From: Candidatus Omnitrophota bacterium
GTDB lineage: Bacteria; Omnitrophota; Gorgyraeia; Zapsychrales; Zapsychraceae
Length of the DNA: 64,000 nucleotides
Direction: 5' to 3'
Assembly: GCA_028280285.1 (NCBI GenBank)
Contig: JANQMA010000013.1
Span: forward strand, 5,355-69,354
The notes under the pieces were generated by a model, which saw nothing but the letters and a program-made list of their open reading frames with translations, made no database searches and had not been told where the DNA came from. The position numbers and the translations under genes were made by a program. Positions 48,872-56,835 of the stretch are shown piece by piece; position 1 is the stretch's first letter; the number at the start of each line of letters is the position of its first letter.

Positions 48872-51800
48872 TTATTCAATACTTTCTTCAGTAGTGACAT
48901 TATGGTTGTGATCAACAATGTGGGTCTCACCATTAAAGTACACCCTCCAGCTTGGATAGTATACTTCCCCTGTATTGATCAACTCAGCTTCAACCCCACC
49001 TAACTCACTTACTCCAATCTTATCACTCACTAATTGAAGCGCTGTTTCAAGATCCATCGGTTCATAATCAACCGCCTCTAAACTCCATGTCACTTCCTTT
49101 AATACACCACTCTGGGCATCAACCGCCGCAACAGCAATCACGCCCTTCTGACCCGTTGCCTCATCTTTCACAGTAAACGGCACTATATAGTAGTCGCCAT
49201 TCGCATCTGTAACAACCACCGGCAACTTCGCTCCGACACTCTTAAATACTTCCGCTAACCCTTCATCATATGCTACCACTTCATCCAACACTCCCGCAAG
49301 AGCTGCTGAAACCAACCTGTTAGCTTCCGTTATACTGTAATTGAGCCGATACACACTCTGTGTACTGCCATTAACTTCCACCTCCGTAAATACTTGCTCT
49401 ATATTAATCGGTGTATCAAGTTGTGTCTCTAACTCAGCAACAGATCCTCTGCGACTTCCTTCAATAGCTGCATCTACAATCGATACGTATCGACCATAAT
49501 GAGGATCTTCTATGGCTGTTTCTGTTAGTGCTGTAATATAGTTATCAGCAAATTCCTTTGCTGTCACGTACACTTTTTCTCCTGGCCCCTTAACCTGTGG
49601 ATTATTGATCCAGAAGCCGTTGATTTTATACTTTTCTGCTTCACTTGGATTATCTGTTGCGCGGACACCCGTTACCACCACCCACTGATCATAGCCTCCT
49701 TTAACAGGAACCGCCGCCGGTACATACACAGGATGCCCTTCTACTTGACCGACTTCTGTGGCTAGAAGATTAGCGATATCGCTTAATACTTCTTCTTTGG
49801 AGGCGCGATCAGTAATGACCCAATTGTAATTGTATAAATCACTCTCAGGGCCGTAGATTTGAAGCACTTCTTTTAGCCCCTTAGCGTCTAGGCGATTAAG
49901 TTCACTGTTGGCGGTATAGTTTTCCCATTGTCCTTCATCGAACAGAGTGATTTGATTGTTGTATGTTTCTTCTGCGTCTATGACCGGACCTTCTGGATTA
50001 ACGTCTGCATTCCACCACAGATAATCTAATATCATCTGCGCTGCTGCTGTCGCACTATACTGCTTAATCAATTCATTTTCAGTTATTGTTTCTTCTTGCG
50101 CTGAAAAGCTTGCCTGCACATCTTCAACCGGGTCTAACTCCAAGCCCTTTGAACTGATTGCCGGGACATTAGTCAGGTTGTTGAAAAACACTCCTGTCGT
50201 TGATGTTTTATATTCAACGGTACCCGTTGTCTCCCATGCTCCATCGATCAACGTCCAGAGTTGAGCATATAATGGATCTCCTGTTATTGGAAGACTCAAT
50301 TCAGGGGTTGATTGTGTTTCAACGCCCTCCTCTACTTCTATACCAAAGGTTTGGAGATAGATTCCGTTTTTTGCTGTCCCGATCGCAAACCAATATTTTT
50401 TTGCATCAGGTGACGCATTGAATGTAAAGGTTTGTTTCTCTTCAGTCAATGTTGTTCCGGGCGTTGGTGATTGTATTTCCGATATAACCGGTGGAAGATT
50501 TTCTGTTTGATATTCAACAGAGCCGGTTGTCTTCCACACACCATCGATGAGTGTCCATACTTGGGCATAAACGGGATTACCGGTTAATGGAACTCTAAGT
50601 GCAGGTGTTTCTGTCTCAAGCCCCATGCTAAACGAATGCAGATCAGTTCCACCCGCAACTGTCCCTAAAGCAAACCAGTATTGCCGTGCATCAGGGGATT
50701 CGGTGATTGTGAACACTTGTTTCTTCTCAGACAATGTCGTTTCTGCGGTCGGCGACTTAATCTCAGCCACAATGTCCGGAACATTTTCTGTTTGATATTC
50801 AACGCTGCCGGTTGTCTTCCACACACCATCAATGAGTGTCCACACTTGCGCATAAACAGGATTACCGGTTAATGGAATTTTAACCTCAGGTGTTTGTGTT
50901 TCAAGTTTCATACTAAACGACTGCAGATCAGTACCGCCCGCAACCGTTCCGAGCGCAAACCAGTATTCTGATGCATCAGGCGATTCAGTAATCGTGAATG
51001 CTTGTTTTTTGTTCGATAGCGTTGTTCCAGATGTCGGTGTTTGTATTTCTGAGATCACATCCGGAATATTCTGTGTCGTGTATTCAACAGCACCTGTTGT
51101 TTCCCACACATTATCAATGAGCGTCCACACTTGCGCATAAACAGAATTACCTGTCAACGGCACACTAAGCTCAGGTGTTGCTATAGTTTCCACATCGTTT
51201 TGGACAGGAATACCGAAAGAGTGTAAATCCGTTCCGCCTTCAGTTGTCCCGAGCGCAAACCAATATTGCTCTGCATCAGGCGATGCCGTTATTGTAAAGA
51301 TCTGTTTCTTTTTCGATAGCGCTATCGCCGTTGTTGGCGATTCAATTACAGAAATTATAGACCCCTCCGTAACAGTGATGGTGATCGTTTCCGAATCAGT
51401 CAACTCTCCGTCACTTACATTGAAGGTAACCATGAAGGTACCGGCTTGATCGACGGCCGGCATCCAGTTAAATGTACTTGGAGCAACTTCGTTAAAAGTC
51501 GCGCCTTCCGGTAGATTTTGGGCAGTAATATTTAACGGGTCTAGATCTGGGTCGGTTGCATCTACTATAAAAGTTAATAAGCGCCCCGTTTGTACTGATT
51601 TATTGCCAACCGGCGTGAGAACCGGCGGCCGGTTACCTATCACCGTTATTGTGATTGTTTCAGAATCTGTGCCACCATTACCATCGTCAACACTAAATAT
51701 TACATCATGTGTACCGATATCATTAATGGTTGGCGTCCAGCTAAATGTGCGCGTGGTTGAATCAAAATTCGACCCTGCAGGCGCATCTTCAGCAGAAAAA

Positions 51801-52660
51801 GTCAAATTATCTTCATCTTCATCGGTTGCATTAATAATGAAATTCAAATTATTTCCCACTTGTACTGATTTATTGCCAATGGCTTCCAACACCGGATCAG
51901 TGTTTGGTTTTTCAGTGACTGTGATTGTAATTGTTTCAGAATCAGTGCCGCCATTCCCATCATCAACACTAAACGTTACATCATACGTTCCGACATCATC
52001 AATGGTCGGCGTCCAGCCGAATACTTGCGTATCCACATCAAACTCCGCACCGGTTGGCAGATTTTCTGCCTTAAACGTTAAGTCATCTTCATCCGGATCA
52101 GTCGCACTAATAGTAAAGTTCAAACTGCGTCCAGCCTCCACACTTTGATTGTCAATTGGGTCCAAAACAGGATCTTGATTAACCCCGGTAACCGTAACTT
52201 TTCCGTTAGTAAGATTTGTTGCGCTTGTTGTTTGCGTGTCACTAAAATCATATAAACCAAAATTAAGCGGAGTATCGCCTCCCGGGGCGTTCGCTTTAAT
52301 CGTAAATTTAACCTTTGCCGACTCTCCGCTACCACTTATTGATATTGGAGTAAATCCAAACTGTGTGATAATTAATCTATTATCATCATTCGTATCTATT
52401 AAAGCAGTGACGCCTAGTTGAGCCGTGTCCGCTCCTGCCGAAACACTATCATAGGTAAGCACACTGGAATCAAAATTAATAACTGTATCAATCCCTGCCA
52501 GGGCATCGGTAATATCCCCTGCACCGGTATATGTCACCGAAACTTCAACCGTTTCTCCTGGATTTCCAGATACGCCGGATATTGCCCCATCGAAAGCCAA
52601 AGCTTCCGCCGTAATAATCAAACTGGCAATCATTATTAAAACAAAGAATATTTTTTTCAT
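48872..52660 (-). CDS. Secreted cohesin protein 1: cohesin + 3 Ig-like repeats + 4x ~95-aa repeats + C39-like domain
   Basis: Start at MKKIFF (GAGG upstream); cohesin closely similar to that of 44100..48845; 3 Ig-like repeats; 4x I.SPT...YWFALGT..GGTDL...VYAQVWTLIDGVW. Confidence 0.85.
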   Translation of the reverse strand: MKKIFFVLIMIASLIITAEALAFDGAISGVSGNPGETVEVSVTYTGAGDITDALAGIDTVINFDSSVLTYDSVSAGADTAQLGVTALIDTNDDNRLIITQFGFTPISISGSGESAKVKFTIKANAPGGDTPLNFGLYDFSDTQTTSATNLTNGKVTVTGVNQDPVLDPIDNQSVEAGRSLNFTISATDPDEDDLTFKAENLPTGAEFDVDTQVFGWTPTIDDVGTYDVTFSVDDGNGGTDSETITITVTEKPNTDPVLEAIGNKSVQVGNNLNFIINATDEDEDNLTFSAEDAPAGSNFDSTTRTFSWTPTINDIGTHDVIFSVDDGNGGTDSETITITVIGNRPPVLTPVGNKSVQTGRLLTFIVDATDPDLDPLNITAQNLPEGATFNEVAPSTFNWMPAVDQAGTFMVTFNVSDGELTDSETITITVTEGSIISVIESPTTAIALSKKKQIFTITASPDAEQYWFALGTTEGGTDLHSFGIPVQNDVETIATPELSVPLTGNSVYAQVWTLIDNVWETTGAVEYTTQNIPDVISEIQTPTSGTTLSNKKQAFTITESPDASEYWFALGTVAGGTDLQSFSMKLETQTPEVKIPLTGNPVYAQVWTLIDGVWKTTGSVEYQTENVPDIVAEIKSPTAETTLSEKKQVFTITESPDARQYWFALGTVAGGTDLHSFSMGLETETPALRVPLTGNPVYAQVWTLIDGVWKTTGSVEYQTENLPPVISEIQSPTPGTTLTEEKQTFTFNASPDAKKYWFAIGTAKNGIYLQTFGIEVEEGVETQSTPELSLPITGDPLYAQLWTLIDGAWETTGTVEYKTSTTGVFFNNLTNVPAISSKGLELDPVEDVQASFSAQEETITENELIKQYSATAAAQMILDYLWWNADVNPEGPVIDAEETYNNQITLFDEGQWENYTANSELNRLDAKGLKEVLQIYGPESDLYNYNWVITDRASKEEVLSDIANLLATEVGQVEGHPVYVPAAVPVKGGYDQWVVVTGVRATDNPSEAEKYKINGFWINNPQVKGPGEKVYVTAKEFADNYITALTETAIEDPHYGRYVSIVDAAIEGSRRGSVAELETQLDTPINIEQVFTEVEVNGSTQSVYRLNYSITEANRLVSAALAGVLDEVVAYDEGLAEVFKSVGAKLPVVVTDANGDYYIVPFTVKDEATGQKGVIAVAAVDAQSGVLKEVTWSLEAVDYEPMDLETALQLVSDKIGVSELGGVEAELINTGEVYYPSWRVYFNGETHIVDHNHNVTTEESIE

Positions 52661-52706
52661 TATATTTTCCTCGATTGATAACAGCTTTGATCGAATCATA
52701 TATTAT

Positions 52707-55334
52707 TTATTCTTCCACTGGAAATTTATCGATAAATGTCACTGTAAATTGTGCAATTAACGCCGCATCCAGAGCATTGATTCTTCCGTCACCGCTTACA
52801 TCCGCACGCACTTGCGCATCCGGATCAAGCGTAATGAATGTAACGGTATGCTGCGCCGTTAATGCCGCATCAAGCGCATTAATTGTTCCATTATTATTGA
52901 CATCGCCATAAGCGATATCGCCGCCACTATTACTGAAACCTGGTGTGGTATCGGGCAAATCAAACTTTTTACGTGTTTGTGAACCATCCGAAACACTGCC
53001 AAAAGACTGATTTGGCAACAAAAATTCTTTTGGCATAGTTGATATCGGGGCGTTATTCCTGTTTAGAAGCTCTATAACCTCACCTTCATTGTTAATTTGA
53101 AAATTTGTATGATAAGGCTGTGAATCGCTGTTAAGATTGGAAGCAAATACAAGAACAAACTCACCTGCACCCAAGGTGTGGGGAATTGGAAATGTCCATA
53201 CGTCTTTTTCATCACGCAGTTTAAGCCCCTTTAATTCAACGCTGAGAGGACCTTTATTATAAATTTCGATCCAGTCCTGAGGGATATTATTCTCATCCGT
53301 GTGACCACCTGTCGTGGTAGCAGATGAAAGCTCATTTATCACAAGCTGATTAGCTTCAGGGAGAGGATCTTCGCTGCTGTCTTCATTGGGATCCCTTGGT
53401 GTCGCATTAGTAAATACTTGAAACGAGACAGCCCCATCCGATGTGCGACCATAAGACTCATCCGGATTAAGGGCAGGTATTGGTATAGGCCCTCCAATAG
53501 GAGTTTTATCAGCATTTAAAAGCTTTAGTTGTTCACCTCCGAGTGCAAGTCCGAAATTAGTATGAAATTCTTGATTACCTTCTCCATTACCTTCGATCCG
53601 ATTTTTATCGGATGCCCAGATCAGTAAACGCTCAAGTCCGCCTAAAAGCTTTTGCGGAAATCTCCAATAAGTTCCTTGTTCATCCTGAAATAAAAGCCCT
53701 TCTAACTCAACTTGTCCACCTGAGGTATTATAAATTTCAATCCAGTCATTTTTCTGCCCATCACTGTCCAGAAAGGTACTATTGTTGTTTGAGACCTCAT
53801 TGATCACAATATTAGTTAATTCTGCCCGTGAAGGATAATCGTTGAAGTTGCGATTAGCGTCATCAGGTGTCGGCGAATTCCATAATCTAAAGGCTCCATC
53901 ATGATTAGAAGAAAGCCCCCAAGAAGTGTCCTCAGCCATTGGACTAACTGGAACAGCTTCAATAATCGTGTTGCCAGCATCTGAATTCATAAAAATAACC
54001 GTTCCGCCCTCATTCTTTTTAATAGAGAAATTGGTATGCGCTTCTTTCTTTCCTTGGGCATTGGTAAAAACCCCATTATCCCCGGAAAGGAAAACAACCA
54101 AATATTTTTGACTTTTAATTTCAATGCCGGAATTAGCCGGGAAAGCCCATATTTTTGAGCCATCGCTAATCTTTAGACCGTCCATAGAAATATCTTTGTC
54201 AGGACTCGTATTGTAAAATTCCACCCAATCATTGTAGTCATTTTCATAGTCACGCAGGCCGCTTTCATTGGCGATATTAATTTCGTTGATAATGATAAGG
54301 TCGGCGTTCGGATTCGCTCCGCCACCACCTGGCGTGCTTGGGTTTTTCTCACCCGGTGTCGGGGTTTGAATATTGGCCAATTGACCGACATCATCAAGCC
54401 GGCCCCAGGAAGTATTCGGGGGGATTCGTTCAACAACAAAGTCATCCACTGTAGGCGTTCCATCCGTATTTAACAGTTTTAGCGTCTCTCCTTCTGCCGT
54501 TATTTCAAAATTAGTATGAAGTCCGCCATTCATTTGTGTGGGGTGTTTATCTGAGGCAAATACAACCAAATGCTGCTTGGGACCAATATCCACATCCGGA
54601 AAGACCCACTGCTTACTGTTATCTGCTACGCGTAATCCTTTAAGGTTAACCGTAATGCTGCCATGTTCATTGTAAAGCTCAAACCAGTCATAAAACTTAC
54701 CGTCCTCAGCCTCATGACCATTTGTATTAGATGAAACTACCTCGTTGATTCTAACAAATTGCGCGTTTTGAACCAGAGGTGTTTGTGTGCTGATGTTAGA
54801 AGCTTTTATACTGGGCGTAGGCATTCGGACAAGTTGCGAACCACCATCCTGCGAACGACCGTATGATTCATCGGTTGCTGCTTGGAGTGTCGTCATACGG
54901 TCAACTTCATCCCCATCTGAATTTTTAAGTATAACCGTATCTCCGTTTGCACTTATTTTAAAAGGTAGGGAGTCACCTGTTAAACAATTGTCTCGATCAT
55001 TGGCCCAAAAAACCTTCCAGTTACCATCTTCACCCATTGTTTGACCTGCTCCAATAATTTGACCAGACGGAATCGTGTAGGTTCCCCCACCAGCATCCTC
55101 CAACACCCAATTTTGTAAATTAACGGCAACACCCCCGGTATTATAAAGTTCAATCCAGTCGGAATGATCCCCGCATGGATCTAAATAATCAGAAGATATT
55201 GTTCCACTATTAGAGGCCATGATCTCATTAATCACAATGTCTGCGTTTGCATTTGTTGATAAGGTAAGGAGAAAAGCTAAAATAAATACGGTCTGTTTAA
55301 TCATCGATTTTACATGGTTTACTTTGTCGTTCAT
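52707..55334 (-). CDS. Secreted protein with 5 lamin-tail domains and a C-terminal dockerin
   Basis: 5x (I/V)INE...DW(I/F/V)E.YN; C-terminus YGDVNNNGTINALDAA...ADVSGDGRINALDAA...IDKFPVEE (duplicated Ca-binding F-hand). Confidence 0.92.
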   Translation of the reverse strand: MNDKVNHVKSMIKQTVFILAFLLTLSTNANADIVINEIMASNSGTISSDYLDPCGDHSDWIELYNTGGVAVNLQNWVLEDAGGGTYTIPSGQIIGAGQTMGEDGNWKVFWANDRDNCLTGDSLPFKISANGDTVILKNSDGDEVDRMTTLQAATDESYGRSQDGGSQLVRMPTPSIKASNISTQTPLVQNAQFVRINEVVSSNTNGHEAEDGKFYDWFELYNEHGSITVNLKGLRVADNSKQWVFPDVDIGPKQHLVVFASDKHPTQMNGGLHTNFEITAEGETLKLLNTDGTPTVDDFVVERIPPNTSWGRLDDVGQLANIQTPTPGEKNPSTPGGGGANPNADLIIINEINIANESGLRDYENDYNDWVEFYNTSPDKDISMDGLKISDGSKIWAFPANSGIEIKSQKYLVVFLSGDNGVFTNAQGKKEAHTNFSIKKNEGGTVIFMNSDAGNTIIEAVPVSPMAEDTSWGLSSNHDGAFRLWNSPTPDDANRNFNDYPSRAELTNIVINEVSNNNSTFLDSDGQKNDWIEIYNTSGGQVELEGLLFQDEQGTYWRFPQKLLGGLERLLIWASDKNRIEGNGEGNQEFHTNFGLALGGEQLKLLNADKTPIGGPIPIPALNPDESYGRTSDGAVSFQVFTNATPRDPNEDSSEDPLPEANQLVINELSSATTTGGHTDENNIPQDWIEIYNKGPLSVELKGLKLRDEKDVWTFPIPHTLGAGEFVLVFASNLNSDSQPYHTNFQINNEGEVIELLNRNNAPISTMPKEFLLPNQSFGSVSDGSQTRKKFDLPDTTPGFSNSGGDIAYGDVNNNGTINALDAALTAQHTVTFITLDPDAQVRADVSGDGRINALDAALIAQFTVTFIDKFPVEE

Positions 55335-55436
55335 GACAATAATTCCCTTTTCTTTTTTGAAATGATTAAATCGAAATTTAATTCTTCAGGCAGTATTTTC
55401 CCCCAATACCGCGCAGTCTTCGGATTCTACACTTCA

Positions 55437-55491
55437 ACTATAATTTTCCTATATGAAAACCGTATGGCAATTATGTGAAAATACTGTGAAA
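55437..55491 (-). promoter_or_regulatory. Pho-box-like 11-bp direct-repeat array plus -10 element for the dockerin/cohesin operon
   Basis: TTTCAC/TTTCAC/TGCCAT/TTTCAT starting at 55491/55480/55469/55458, then 10 nt, then TATAGT. Confidence 0.75.
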
Positions 55492-56766
55492 CTAAAACTT
55501 GACCTGAATGTCTCCCTGATAAATTCGCTCAGGAAACTCTAAGGAGGAGTCGGAATTGATTTTTTTCGCATGGTAGTATGAAAGATTCGCCGTGACATTC
55601 GGCGCTAAACCAATGGTTAACTTACCATCATAGCCTTTAATTCCCGTCTGACCTTCATAGCGGTTAGAATTAGGGAATATGTCCGGAAACGCATCTTGTT
55701 CAAGGTGTGAGTATTGGCCTGTAAACTGCCAGTCGCCAAGGTATTTAACTTTTTGATTACCAAATTTAAGCCCTACTGACCAGGCTTTGTTGATTTTATC
55801 CGGCGCATCGTCATTTCTAAACCAGTCGCCGAATATCGCGATACGTTTAAATTCCTCATGTATCATTTTGCGATAACCTAGTTCAACAGAACCGCCCGAC
55901 ACCCTGAAGTTGTGTGATAAACTACCGGTACAATTCGTCCCGAATAGAGTTAAACCTGAGTTGCTGCATGCTGTGTCGTCGAGCCGCTTTCCTTTTAAAT
56001 GACGAAATTCATAGAAAGTTCCCGCCACCTTTGCATCAAAATCATTTATTTCAACCCCAACGCCCCCTTGTCCATAGATAAGCATCGGATCTTCTGTCGA
56101 AGCAGACAGTTCATCAATAGCCAGGCCGCCGGCATTACCAAATACCGTCACCTTTCTACCTATATTTTTTTCAAGGTGAAGAGCACCACCTTCCGGATTA
56201 ATATCACTGTCCCACAATAATGTTGTCGGTTTCCATATATAATCGTCTGCCTTCCATTTACCACCGACCACTTTCACCCATGGAAACGGTTTGTATTCCA
56301 AAAATCCATAATCAAGGCGTATGTCGGCTTTATCAAAGCTATCAGTAAAAGTCACATTGCCTGAACGTGAATCACCACTGCCGGTTGTAATCCCAATGCC
56401 GCCGGTGATATGTTTATTAATGCGCGAAATCAGACCTATACGCGCACGCAGACGTCCACGCTGACGGCTATCATCAATTCCTTTGCGTTTTTCATATTGA
56501 GTACGAAGACGAATGTCTCCTTTAAGCTCAATGCGCTGTACCCATTGGGGAAGACTAATGAGCCTTCCTTCAACCATATGCTCGGCCACATAACGCTTGG
56601 TTTTGTCTTTTAAAATCGTTGCCTCAATTTCGGACAAATATCCTTTGTCGACTAATTTTTCAATCAAAAGGTCATTATCGGAAATTTGCGCGTAACTTGT
56701 GGAAGGAAATACGGCGGCACCTGCAAGCAGTACGATAAAGATATATTGTAAAATTTTTATTTTCAT
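55492..56766 (-). CDS. Putative outer-membrane porin (Porin_5-like beta-barrel)
   Basis: Signal peptide; LIEKLVDKGYLS N-terminal helix; KGDIRLR, RGRLRARIG and WDSDINPEG; amphipathic strands; terminal Phe (QVKF). Confidence 0.85.
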   Translation of the reverse strand: MKIKILQYIFIVLLAGAAVFPSTSYAQISDNDLLIEKLVDKGYLSEIEATILKDKTKRYVAEHMVEGRLISLPQWVQRIELKGDIRLRTQYEKRKGIDDSRQRGRLRARIGLISRINKHITGGIGITTGSGDSRSGNVTFTDSFDKADIRLDYGFLEYKPFPWVKVVGGKWKADDYIWKPTTLLWDSDINPEGGALHLEKNIGRKVTVFGNAGGLAIDELSASTEDPMLIYGQGGVGVEINDFDAKVAGTFYEFRHLKGKRLDDTACSNSGLTLFGTNCTGSLSHNFRVSGGSVELGYRKMIHEEFKRIAIFGDWFRNDDAPDKINKAWSVGLKFGNQKVKYLGDWQFTGQYSHLEQDAFPDIFPNSNRYEGQTGIKGYDGKLTIGLAPNVTANLSYYHAKKINSDSSLEFPERIYQGDIQVKF

Positions 56767-56835
56767 AAGATGTCGTTATCACAGTTGTCTACCCTTGGAA
56801 ACTCAAACACAAAGTATTTGAATAAAACAGGATTA

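Noticed and set aside
41622-52148. Repeated plus-strand ORFs with VIVIVSESVPP motifs
   Set aside because: Antisense reading of the Ig-like repeats (TDSETITITV); no independent coding signal.
40271-55334. Classical cellulosome for plant cell-wall degradation
   Set aside because: No multi-cohesin scaffoldin, CBM3 or recognisable glycoside hydrolase domain in the window.
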